Positions 27,032 through 39,670 of a stretch of 64,000 nucleotides of DNA are shown piece by piece. Below the pieces are notes generated by a model. The model made no database searches and was not told where the DNA came from. It worked only from the letters and a program-made list of their open reading frames with translations. This DNA comes from Octopus bimaculoides. Its lineage: Eukaryota. Each line of letters opens with the position of its first letter. The first letter of the stretch is position 1. The DNA lies in contig NC_068987.1 in NCBI RefSeq assembly GCF_001194135.2, positions 94,640,029 through 94,704,028 on the forward strand, given 5' to 3'. The position numbers and the translations under genes were made by a program.

Positions 27032-28990
27032 TAGTTGAATATTTTTAGATTTCCAGGTTTTAAAAAATCTTTTTAGATTTTGGTTTCTGTGGTGATCCAT
27101 GTATGCATTAATGCATACATGTACACACACACACATACACGCATGCATGCATGCATATATATACATACATAGATACATACATACATGTACACATATACAT
27201 ATATACACACATACATATGTGCATGCACGCGCACACACACACACACACACACATACACACATTCATACATGCATGCATACACACTTACAAACATCCCTAC
27301 ACACACACAAAATGATTACTATTTATTGTGTAGCTTGTAGAGTGCTTAGTTGTGTAGTAAAAGAATGCGTAGAAGGGCTTCCAGATGTGTAAATATAAAA
27401 AAAAAAAAGAACCCAAAAAACCCTAAGTCCAGCAAACAAAAATTATTGTTTTAAATGGTTTGTTTGGAACAGAATGGAATGGCATTATATTAGATGTTGA
27501 TATTTGTGGTTTCTTTATTGATATTTGTTTATGCACAAGTTTTTTTTGTTCATTATTGTTTTCATTATTATTATGTAAAGCATATAGAAGAAGTGTAGTG
27601 GAATTGGCCAGATCAGAAGGGTGTGTCTAGAGTTGAAATAATTTCCAGTGATATATTGACATGGTGGTGGAGACAAGGTTCTCAACTCAACTGATCCAAT
27701 TAAATAGACAACTCATTTGCTTTTAGCTATTAGCCTTCAACCTTATTCTATGTATAAATTTCTGATGCTTTTGTGTTTTTTTTTAAATTACTTAACATAA
27801 TAAGATCGGCACTGACCATGGCCATTGAAGTCCTAAGCATGTTATTATAACATAAAATGTGTCTTGGGGTTTTCAAACTTGGTGGAGCCATCCTTGTCAA
27901 CATTTAACTAGCATCAATTTCTTCCAGAGGAAGGAGAAGAACCACCCCGTAGCACTTGAATGATCAGTCCTGACAGTTGAAAGCAAAGCTAACTTCAGCA
28001 GGATTTGAACTCAGAAAGCATAGTATTAAAGCAAATACCACAAAATATTCTATCCAATGACTCTGCCAATCAACCACATTAGTATATTGTGGCCAACTGA
28101 TCTAATTAAGCATATAACTCAATTTCTTTTAGTAATTAGTCAAGAGCTTTATTCCTATGTTCTGATATGTTTTACAATTACACAATACAGAAAAGATGAA
28201 CACTAACCATAGCCATTGGAGGTTTTTGTAAGGCATGTGCAGTTGATACTTAAATATGTTTAGTTGATAAGGATAAGTAACAAAGAACTTGCAAAAGATG
28301 ATGATTCTAGGACTTGGTGTACTGAAGATGTCATCTAGTTCAATTCCCCGGTGAAAAAGCCATATCACCATAAATAACATGGGGAAAATTTCAGAATGTA
28401 ATGATTGTATTCTTCATTCCCCACTAAGTAACAGATTGTTGTATGTTTGATAAAAAGAAAAAAGTCCTTTATACCTGATGATTGGGCAGCAGAATGGTAG
28501 AAATGTTGAAGAGAGTTGCGCTAAATACAATGACAACTTTGTCTTACTCGTGAACATCATTTGAAACCCCAGCAGAGCTGATGCTAACTTCCCATCTGTC
28601 TACGAATGTATGGCCATGTTCAATGATTGAATTAGTGCAATGGAAGTCTCTGAACTTTAGCACATGCAAAGAAGGAAGTTGTGAATTAGTAGAATAATAC
28701 AGTAAGTAGTAAGACCCACTGGCCAGATTGTTTAGGACTTTCATAATTGGTAGCTTTATTGGATTAAAATCTCCATGGTCGCCTACATCTTCTTCCTATC
28801 AAAACTCAAGAAATGTCACATGTACTTTGGGTCAAGTCATTTACTATTGAAATCCCAAATTAGTCTTAGAAATAAAGAGCATAATTTGTGGCAAAACATT
28901 TTTGTTAAGTAACATGGTTTGATGCTGCTTATCAAATCAAGGAATTAAAAAATTCCCTCCCTTCTCTATGGCCATTGCATCATCATCATC

Positions 28991-29040
<50 letters not shown>

Positions 29041-31322
29041 AAGTATAAAAATTACATTATTCCATTTCCCAGTAGATAAGTTTATGTAAGGATTAAGTTG
29101 GTTAAAAATACTGAGAGAATCTTTTCCTCCACCACCCCTCATAAAAGCAGTAACAAAAATATAAACCAAGAGGAAAATACATAAAAGCATTGAGAAAAAA
29201 AAAAAAAGGAAAAAAGGGTCTCTGGTAATCCATAGACACTATTAAAACTTTAAATTGCAAGTATTTCACTTACAACCGTATTAATTTCTCTTGCCACACA
29301 ACTTCACTCATTTTCAAAACTTAGATATAGTTTCATGTATTCTGGGCTTTTTTTTTTTCTCTACTGAGGATTAGCAAATATGCCCTTTATGTTGTTGTAT
29401 GATTTTATTTCGTGTGTGTGTGTGTCTGTGCACATACATATTGATTTCATTACACATGTATGTGTATACACACACACACACATATATATGTATATACACA
29501 AGCATATATGTATACGTACATATATTCATATATATATATATATGTATGTGTATATAATTTTTAGCTTTAACCTTTTCTTGCTCATTAAAATTCTAGTGCT
29601 AATTTTTGTTTTGATTTTTAAACAGTTTCAAGGAAACTACTGAAGTTGAAGAAATAATTTACATTCTTTTCTTTTCTTTTTCTTATTTTATTAAATTTAT
29701 TTTATTTTGTTTATTCATCCATTTTTTAATTTTATTGATTATCCCTTTTTCTGTTCATTAAAATTCAAATGCAAACACACATTTTGCAAATTTTATAAGC
29801 AGATTGATAATAATCTTCTTGCATAAAAAAAAAGGTAAACTAATGCTGCCAAGTCGTTAACTCTCTTACCTTTTTCCTCATCTCTGGGAAAATATTCAAC
29901 TGACACAGCACTGCATGCTAATTTAACATTTGTCAGTTACAGTAGTGGTACTATGATTAATCCACAGTACTTATTAGCGAATGACAGAGGACATTAGTAG
30001 ATGTGACTAGCAACATAGCACAGATATATAAAGAGCATTAATGTTTTGCAGGAGATGGTTTGTCTCCTGGCATATCAACCTCACTTGTGCATCTGAACAA
30101 GGTGCATTGCTCTGCTAGAAAAAGCTGACAATAATCAAGTTCTATTCTCCTCTCAGTTTCATAGCTAAACTGACAGTGGAAGGCATAGCATCTGCAAAAC
30201 CAATTGTTGGTCGAGATGAAAAACATTTTGCACTAGGAAAGAAATGAATAGAATGAATGTAAACCATGGATGGAAGAATGTATATGAATGCCTGTGCATG
30301 CACACACACACACACACACACTCACACACACTCACACACACACAACAAATGCATCCAAATTCAAAATTGAAGTGCTGGTCAAATGTTGGTATGAAACTGA
30401 TATGGCCGAATTCTTCCCTTGCATAGTCTATTGTAGTTAATATTCCAGTGATCAGGCATTAGTTTCCAGAAGTTGTATGAACTTTGAAACATTACATAAA
30501 CTGAAATTTTGACTTCATGACCCTCTTTATCTTTTTTATTGTTATGCTGTAGAGTCGGTCATCTAGCATCTACACACACACACACACACAGAGTGAGAAA
30601 GAGAATGGTCAAGTCCAGATCAAATTTTTGTGGGAGATAAAAAGCCATAGACTGCACTAAGAAATTTTTATTGTCCTTTGAAAATACATCAGCAAACTCT
30701 AGCTAAAGGCACAGCCTGAAAATTGTGACATTATTCTTTATATAGAAATGAGGACAGAGAAAAAGATTGCTTGTGTATGAAATAATATTTGAATAAATTT
30801 TTTAATAATTTTGCCTATCAAAATTTATTTAGAATGCTAGATTGTCAATCCCTTGTTACTATAAAATGGTTGCAATTAGGTCTCTACTCTGTGCATCAGT
30901 TTAACTTTGTTGTAGAGATTACATCTTATATGTATGTGGCTTCCCAAGATGGAGGGGTTGCCAATATTGGAAGAGCCCCACCCATCTGGAATAGGGTAGA
31001 AACAGTTTGGTGAGGTTAATGGATATTCACTGGATATTCATTCTTTTGATTGGCATTTATCAATTCCCAAGATATGCAAATATGCATGTGGAGATTCTAT
31101 CTATTCCATCCTCCGTTGATTGGCATCTATTATTCCCAAGAGATGCAAGCTTGCATACGAAGGAGATGTAGTCACAAGAGCCAGCATATGCATACTTTGA
31201 ATGGGCAGCAGTTTTTGAATTAACTTTTAAGAATCAGCATATCATTGCTTCTAAACGTTGAGGAATGAATATGTTATGTTTTGAAAATCCCAGTTTCAGT
31301 GCATAAGTGTATGGCAATGTAA

Positions 31323-31353
<31 letters not shown>

Positions 31354-32614
31354 TACTCACACACACACTCTCAGGAACATGTATATTTATATATTTGTGC
31401 ACATGTATGTGGGAGCATGTATTAAGCTTATGTGTATGTATGTGTGTGTGTGTGTGTGCACGCATGCACACACACACACTCTTACAAATTATATATAAAA
31501 TACATGTACTGTACATATTCATTATTTGTATAATATATATTATAAATTTAAAAAAAAAGATCTTTCGTGTTTGCATAGGTTGGACAAGCTGGGGAATTGC
31601 ACTGGGCTGTAGTGTTTGATTTAACATGGTTTCTTCAATTTGATGCCCTTCCTATTGGCAATCATTTTAAAGAGTGCTGTAGATACATTTTTCATGGCAC
31701 CAGCTTCAGTGAGGTTACCATGAAGCTTTCGTGACAGCTCGTTCATAATTGAGTGGGACTTGAGTAGAAAGCAATGCAGCTTTATGCAAGATAATGAAAG
31801 GCTAAAGTATAAAAAAAGGAGCTTGGAAGAACTGGTTTCATGCTGCAGATGAGGAACTTGGTTACTTGAATTGTACAAAAGTGGATGGGAATAATTGGTG
31901 TAGAATAAAGATAATGGTGGTGAAATGTAAGGCTGGACTGCTGGGGTTGAAGAACAGGTGGGTAATGGTTACAAGAGTAGATGGAGACAGGAACAAATGG
32001 TTAAAGGTAGATAGGAGCACAAAGTACTGAATGATGAACAAAGGTTGAGGAGGAGAGTCTGTGATAAATATGGAATTGGATGCAAGGTTAGAAAGTAGAT
32101 GAGGACTAGAGATTGGTTGGAGTCGGAGGGGTAGATGTAATGATTGCTTAGAGGTGATCAATGATAGATAGTGTGCACTGACAGACAGGTAGTTCGGAAG
32201 AGTGAAGAGAAGCAGAATGTTAATAAATACAGCTGAAAGGAGAAGAGACCCAACAGAAAAAAAGATAACGTGTGTGTGGAGGGAGGTAGATGAGTGGGAG
32301 TGGAGAAATAGGGACTGCATAAGAAGAGTGGGAAGAGGTACATGAGTCAACAGGAAGTGTTCAATTGACCTATCATCACACACACACACACACACACATG
32401 TATAGGAACTTGTGCACTCAACAGAAGGAAAAACAAGTAGTACTGGCAAAGAGCTCTTTCAGATGCAGTTGCTGTATGCATGACTGCCACTCCCATGTGG
32501 GCTTGCACTGCAACAACAGATGCTGCACCACCATCAGCAGCTGACATGATTTCTTCAGATGCAAATCCATGCCCTCTCAAGACCAACGGATGCCTACTAC
32601 TACTCGTCTGTATC

Positions 32615-32672
<58 letters not shown>

Positions 32673-32767
32673 TATGTATATGTGTACATATATACATACA
32701 TACACACACACACATATATATGCATATATATATATATGTGTGTGTATATGTATGTATATATGTATAT

Positions 32768-32923
32768 ATCATCATCATCGTTTAACGTCTGCTTTCCATT
32801 CTAGCATTTGTTGGATGATTTGACTGAGGACTGGCAAACCAGAAGGCTGCACCAGCCTCCAATCTGATCTGGCAGAGTTTCTACAGCTGGATGCCCTTCC
32901 TAACACCAACCACTCCGAGAGTA
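32768..32923 (-). mobile_element. SINE family 3 copy, inverted
   Basis: (ATC)n-gtttaacgtctgctttcc...ctacagctggatgcccttcctaacaccaaccactc. Confidence 0.85.
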
Positions 32924-32928
32924 TAGTC

Positions 32929-33770
32929 ACCTTATATATATGTATTTGCAGATGATTCTAAGATCCAGAAGGTCATCAAAGCATGCCTTCAATCAGATCT
33001 GCTGGCTGTCATCCAATGGGCGGAAAAGAATAATATGCTGCTGAACGAAAATAAATTTGAGTTATCCGCTTCGGAAAAGAGGATACCCTGAAACTCCAAT
33101 ACTCCCTTCCTTCAGGTCAAACTCTGATGGCATCCAACATCAGAGACTTGGGAGTAATTTTGGACAGCAACATAAGCTGGGCCACTCCTATAAAAAACAA
33201 AGTTGACATGGCCTGCAGAATAATGCTTCTGGATTCTCAGGACTTTCCAGTTGAGAGATATCCACACCAGTTTTCTTCTTTTCTCCACTTTTGCCCTACC
33301 CCACCTTGAATACTGCTGTCGACTGTGGTCTCCCTACATGACACAACGTATCATGAAAATTGAAGATGGCATGACAGGCTTTGAGTATTGGGATCAACTA
33401 GAAAAGCTCCAGCTTTATTCTTTCCAATATCACTATGAGAGCCACATCATCTGCATGATGTGGAAAATATTCCATCAGCATTGCCCAAATATACACCCAA
33501 GACTTGGACCCCGTGCTATCTGCCCATGACATATATCATACTCATATCACATAACAACATTACAGTACAATTATTTCACCTCAATTGGCCCCGCTCCCTT
33601 TAACATTAGACCAAAACACATTAAAGCAGAAGCAGACCCCATAAAGCTCAAGAAGTTTTTGGACAAATTCCTTCAAAAAATCCCAGATAAACCTCCTACA
33701 CCAAGATATGTCTCTGTAAACAATAACTCTCTTTTCAAGTGGGCCATGTTGTCCAATTCATGATTTGAAT
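32929..33770 (+). mobile_element. CR1/L2-like LINE 3' fragment (RT C-terminus), frameshifted
   Basis: FADDSKI at 32945, QSDLLAVIQWAEKNNMLLNENKFE, RDLGVILDSNISW, LPHLEYCCRLWSPY and YWDQLEKLQLYS in shifting frames. Confidence 0.88.
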
Positions 33771-33847
33771 GACCCTCCCCAAATACAACAATATAACAAT
33801 ATACATGCATATATATATGTATATATATATATATACATATATATATA

Positions 33848-34052
33848 NNNNNNNNNNNNNNNNNNNNNNNNNNNNNNNNNNNNNNNNNNNNNNNNNNNNN
33901 NNNNNNNNNNNNNNNNNNNNNNNNNNNNNNNNNNNNNNNNNNNNNNNNNNNNNNNNNNNNNNNNNNNNNNNNNNNNNNNNNNNNNNNNNNNNNNNNNNNN
34001 NNNNNNNNNNNNNNNNNNNNNNNNNNNNNNNNNNNNNNNNNNNNNNNNNNNN
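33848..34052. other. Assembly gap
   Basis: N run. Confidence 1.
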
Positions 34053-34755
34053 TATTGTTATATTGCAAAGTAGTCATTATTTTTTTTCTTACCAAAGAAG
34101 CATATGCACACTATATATTCATTCTTCTTCACTCAGTTATGATTATTCTTATTTTATCTCCTGTTCATTGTCCAGAAATCTTTCTCATTACACAGAATCA
34201 CTGAAGAGGTTACAGATACATGACGAAAGATTTCCAAATAATGTGCAAAAGATAAAATTTAAAAAGTAATAAACACGTGAAGAACAAATAGATAGTGCGT
34301 GTGTTTATTTGACAAGGAAAAAAAAGAATGAATACCCCGAAATATAACGATGTCTGTTTCAACATATGGTTTCACATCAGGAATCTCGCAAAACGAATTC
34401 ATAAACATATATTTGTATCTCAAAGGAGAGAAAAATATATATGCGTGAAGAAAGCAAGAGAGAATGGAGAAGAATCGTGGTGGCTACTACTGGTTTTCAA
34501 TTGAGGAATGTATATTGTGTGTGGTGAGCATGTTTACAGTATGAAGTAATAGAGATGTACATTGGCATATGTACTTGTAAGTTTATGAAGAGAGTGAGGT
34601 AGGAGGGAGGCAGGTGAAAAACAAAATTTTAAGTAGTAAGGGAAAATACAGAGAGAAGTGTGTAAATGACAAGAAGGAATTAAAGGGAAGGTATATTGTT
34701 GGAAAAAAAGGTGTCGTCGTTATTATTTGTATTTTGAGAATAGATTTAGTGATCG

Positions 34756-34765
34756 ATGTTTGCAG
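34756..34765 (+). CDS. Candidate coding end of an alternative first exon (ATG TTT GCA G)
   Basis: ATG preceded by an in-frame TGA (34750-34752). Donor CAG|gtaaaa in phase 1 joins exon B as MFAGTLQL. Lies at the end of a CpG-retaining patch. Confidence 0.4.
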
Positions 34766-35231
34766 GTAAAAATTATACTACTGCGTACATTAAGACAATC
34801 TGCAGATTGCAAAATAGCTAAGACCTCATCTATGCAGAGATCACACTTGTTATAGCTGCTGTATGGCTTAGCATGGATGACTATGGACCAGTTGAGAGTG
34901 TAAGGAGTTGAATCAATCTTTAGTTTGGGGATGAGTTGAGATAACGATGTACTGTTGGATTTTGTTTAGAACTTGAAACTGGAGTAGTGTGTGTGTGTGT
35001 GTGTGTGCGTGCACGTGTGTGTTTGCATGTGTGCATACATGTATGAGCTTCTGTTTGTTTATGCTTTTCTGAAAATTGCTCTAATTTCTCCTGTCAGCAA
35101 ATCTGCTGATGGCTTTGCATCTTTGATGGCACTGGAGATAATCTAACCATCAGTTGTAAAACATGTAAGGATTATATCAACAGAAGGGTTATCTGACCAA
35201 GAAAGGATGCTTCAGTAAAATAGTCTTCTGC

Positions 35232-35362
35232 CTTTTCCCAACTACATGGTTCTGGGTTCACTCCCACTGTGTGGCACCTTGCGCAAGTGTCTTCAACTAT
35301 AGCTCTGGGCCAACCAAAGCCTTGTGAGTGGATTTGGTAGATAGAAACTGAAAGAAGTGCAC

Positions 35363-35437
<75 letters not shown>

Positions 35438-35465
35438 TGCACGATGGGCTTCTTTCAGTTTCTAT
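35232..35465 (+). mobile_element. SINE family 1 5' half followed by an inverted fragment
   Basis: Family 5' half to 35357, then (GT)n(AT)n(AC)n, then its reverse complement cttctttcagtttctat. Confidence 0.8.
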
Positions 35466-35475
35466 GTATACATAT

Positions 35476-35515
<40 letters not shown>

Positions 35516-35526
35516 ACATACAGACC

Positions 35527-35710
35527 ATCATCATAATGATTTAGCATCTGCTTTCCCTGCTGGTATGGGTTAGACAGTTTGACTGGAACTGGTAAGCCGG
35601 AGGGCTGCACCAAGTTCCAGTCTGATTTGGCATTGTTTTTATGGCTGGATGCCCCTTCCTAATGCCAATCACTACTAAAGTATTATGGGTAATTCTTACA
35701 TGTCACCGGC
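35527..35710 (-). mobile_element. SINE family 3 copy, inverted
   Basis: tctgctttccctgctggtatgggtt...ggctggatgccccttcctaatgccaatcact. Confidence 0.8.
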
Positions 35711-36049
35711 AAAGTTAAATATATATAGAATGAGAGGGATACACACACAGATAAACAAACATACATATATACGCACAGTGCACATAACACAAATGAATGG
35801 AAATAAAAATTTACAGAAGTAAATACATTTTAGAAAAATTCAATATTTGTTGTTACATATTCTTGTATATGGGAAAAATCAAGATGAAAAATGTTTATAT
35901 CACTTATATTAATTAATGTCAGTAATGTTAATTATATCGAAGATCTTATTTTTGTGTTGGTAACAGCCAAACTTTATATTCTGATATTTGCACTTGTTAG
36001 AGTGCAACACAAATGTTAGCAGTTTGAAGATTGAAGGTTACTATCAATA

Positions 36050-36217
36050 GCACACACTACACTCTCAGAGTGGTTGGCATTAGGAAGGGCATCTAGCTGT
36101 AGAAACTCTGCCAAATTGGAGCCTGGTGTAGCCATCTGGCTCACCAGTCCTCAGTGAAATCATCCAACCCATGCTAGCATGGAAAGCAGACGTTAAACGA
36201 TGATGATGATGATGATG
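36050..36217 (+). mobile_element. SINE family 3 copy with (GAT)n tail
   Basis: gagtggttggcattaggaagggcatc...catgctagcatggaaagcagacgttaaacgatgatg. Further fragments near 7260, 18008, 31630 and 63740. Confidence 0.85.
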
Positions 36218-36454
36218 TCCATTTTCTGTGTGTGTGTGTGTGTGTGTGTCTGTGTGTGTACCTGTGTCTGAGTCTATGTTTGTCTCCCACCACTACTTGA
36301 CAACTGGTGTTGGTATGTTTATGTCTTTATGTCCCTGTAACTTAGGAATTTGGCGAAAGGAACCAATAGAATAAATAGAGTAAATACTAGGCTTTAAAAA
36401 AATCAGTCCTGGAATCGGTTTGTTCAGCTAAAATACCTTCAGGTGTTAAAAGAT

Positions 36455-36504
<50 letters not shown>

Positions 36505-36949
36505 CATGTGTGTGTGTGTATGTGTATATATATTTGAATGACCAATTTATATATCCATATTTTCCCATACATGACCTTTTCTATGTGCCTGTTCATGTAG
36601 GAAGTAAGTGTAGCCATGTGGGTGATGTGTTTACTTTGTAATCGCAAGGTCCCGAATTTTATTCCATTACATGGATCTGTTTAACATAGCTTGTGGTTGA
36701 CTTAAGCCTTGTGATCAAAACTGGGTTGGCAGATACTCTATGGAAGTGCAGAAAAACCTTCTGACACAATTCGCAGACTGATTCAGACTGGGGTCCCTGG
36801 GGTATATTCACCCACCCAGACTGTAATTCACTGAACATGTACTTGACAGACATTTCCGAAACTAATGAATGATTCACTTACATATAGATACGTACACACA
36901 CACACACACATGCACACACGTATACATACACAAACATACATTGTATGTA

Positions 36950-37824
36950 TGAGGGGGTACCCAAAAGAAACTGAAATTTTGCAATATTATTTTATTCTTT
37001 TAGTTTAACATGTTTACACTTTTATTGTCTTCAAAGTATTCCCTATTTGAAGTAATGCATTGTTCCAGATGCATTTCCAATGTTGGAGCAATCCTGGAAT
37101 TTTTGCAAAGTGATACCTTTTAACGCCTCCATTGTTTTTTTTTCTTCACCTCTTCCACATTTGCAAATTCCATAGCACCAGCTTTTGTCATCTTTGATGA
37201 CCTTCAAAAAATGGTCCAGATCAGCTTCCGTCTGTTCTTTCAGTTCATGACATGCATTCTCTCAAGACTGTTTTTCATCTTCCATGAGCAAGCAAGGTAC
37301 AAATTTGTTGCAACTCTTTTCATTTGCAATTCCTCACTCATAATTCGTTGGCAGGAGCCCCAGGACACACCAGTCATATCAACAAGTTTGTCAATTGTTT
37401 GGTGAAGGTCCTCCAAGATCAGTTCATGAATTTTCGTGATGTTTTCATTCATTTGGGAGGTTGATGGTCACTCCGAATGAGGTTCATACTCAAGCAACAA
37501 GTGGCCATTCCTAAAGTCTGAAAATCACTTATAAACTTCTGTTTTGTTCATGGCAGTAGCCTTGGAAGCTGTTTAAAGCATGACAGCTGTTTCAGCCACT
37601 GCTTTCCCCTGCAGAAAATGGAATTTCACAGAATCATGCGATTCCTTTGTTTCAGCCATTGTAAAACAAAGAGGCACCATGTAGCAGTATGAACTCACTG
37701 GACAATGCTGGTTGCCAGACTGATGCCTGAGGGTCACACCAAGTGGCTTCTAGCAGTGGAAGCCTGAAATACAACAGGCTTGTCCCACTGAGAACATTCC
37801 TGGTTATTTTGGGGTAGCCCCTCA
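36950..37824 (-). mobile_element. Internally deleted mariner transposon with TIRs and TA target duplication
   Basis: TA|tgagggggtacccaaaa ... ttttggggtagcccctca|TA. Minus frame ENITKIHELILEDLHQTIDKLVDMTGVSWGSCQRIMSEELQMKRVA is a mariner HTH region. Confidence 0.88.
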
Positions 37825-37867
37825 TATATTATACATGTATGTATGTACATATATATACGCACACATA

Positions 37868-38311
37868 GCCATGACTGTGTAGTAAGAAGTTTGCTTCCCA
37901 ACCACACGGTCCCAGATTCAGTGCCACTGTGTGGCGCCTTTGGCAAGCATCTTCTACTCTAGCCTGAGAGTGACCAAAAGCTTTTGTGTAGATTTGGTAG
38001 GCTGATGGATGGAAACAGAAAGAAGCATGTTGTGTGTGTGTGTGTGTTTGTGCATGCGTGTGTGCATGCGTGTGTGCATGCACACATGTTTTTGCATTTG
38101 TGTTTGTCCCACACCATTGCTTGACAAGAGGTATTAACGTGTTGACATCCCATTAACATTGCAGTTTGGCAAAAGATAGATAGAATGAGTACCAGGTTTT
38201 TTTAAAAAAAAAAAAGCACTGGGATCAATTCATTGAACTAAAAATTCTCCAAGGAGGGTGCCCCAGCATGGCCACAGTCTAATAATTGAAACAAATAAAA
38301 GATAAAAGATA
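37868..38311 (+). mobile_element. SINE family 1 near full-length copy
   Basis: Both halves plus the gataaaagata tail; inserted just after the mariner. Confidence 0.85.
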
Positions 38312-39061
38312 TATTGCTTGTTTATGGTTGTAGCTTCTACTCCTTTTTTTTTTTTTTTTTTTGTAAAAGTCCAATATTACTGAAAAGCTATGTTTGCATC
38401 TGTGTCCAATCTATTGGTTATTGATTTCTATGTCTCTTTCACTGAAATGAGGCCACCTGTACAGATGTATATTTTGTATGCCACCATGTTCATGTACATT
38501 ATATGTATGTGTGTTTACATTTATCTGTGTTTTGTATTGACACAGATACATGTGTGTATTTGTGTNNNNNNNNNNCATTTATCTGTGTTTTGTATTGACA
38601 CAGATACATGTGTGTATTTGTGTTGTTTGTGTGCATGCATATGTTTGTATGGGTGTGTGTGTGTGTATATATATATTGTGTGTGATTGTGACATATATGA
38701 GTGTATGTAATGTGTTATCTAATCAAGAAAATATCTCTTCAGGGATAAATATTTCCATATCACTATATCTTGATGCTAATGCATCGGTTGTAGTAATGGC
38801 TGTTTGTGAAACAAAAATGAAGATATGAAGAGGTATGTTTACAAAGTACATTTGTTCCGGTGTATGTACACATGTGTATCGTGTGTGTGTGTGTGTTGTG
38901 TGAGTGTGTGTGTAACTGTGTAATGACTGGTACAGGCATATTCTGAATACATTGTCAGTAATTTATATATATCATGTTCACATACATGATGAAATTATGC
39001 ATCGATACACACACCATGCATATATACATAGATATAATTACATACATACATACATTTATAT

Positions 39062-39123
<62 letters not shown>

Positions 39124-39175
39124 CAGAAAATAGAGGAATTTGCAAACACAGGAAAGTTAGGAAGATGGCTTGGAA

Positions 39176-39210
<35 letters not shown>

Positions 39211-39430
39211 TGAACTGTGGAACTGTGTTGAATTTTTCAATATTTAAGTCTAATTTCTTTATGTAGTATTGACTATACTCTTTATTGATATCTTTTCCCT
39301 TAAATTTTATTCCATTTTTGTTGTGCAAAAACAACCTGCAGAAAATATATTGGCATTAAATATGGGGTGATTATGATGATGATAATGATGACCGTGCTTC
39401 TAAGATGAAACAACATTTTGTGTATTGCAG

Positions 39431-39670
39431 GAACATTACAGTTACCACCACCATCTTTACCTCCACCTCCACCTCCACCCCCAATTGAAGACATTCCCCA
39501 AAGAAGTCCTGTTGCATCAACGCGAAGGAAGTCCTTTGGTCCTTCACAGCGTGGAAACTATTCGGAGGTGGAGAACACGTGTCGCAGATGCAACTATTCT
39601 GAAGGAGAAGGTGACTTTGAGCAACATTATTTGGTGCAGACCACATCAAGTAATGTATTCTTGCCACCAG
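39431..39670 (+). CDS. TENM: Teneurin exon B, intracellular domain with polyproline tract
   Basis: Acceptor tgtattgcag and donor CAG|gtaagg; 240 nt, phase 1 to 1. Encodes GTLQLPPPSLPPPPPPPPIED...DFEQHYLVQTTSSNVFLPP. The last motif resembles DFEPSCLVRTPSGNVYIP of Drosophila Ten-m (recalled, not searched). Confidence 0.88.

Noticed and set aside
31862-32449. 195-aa minus ORF and similar strand-biased tracts (49137-49929)
   Set aside because: Low-complexity L/S/P/H composition; probably old retroelement debris, but no diagnostic motif could be read.
38518-38623. Exact 48-bp direct repeat either side of a 10-N gap
   Set aside because: Typical unmerged contig overlap, i.e. an assembly artefact.
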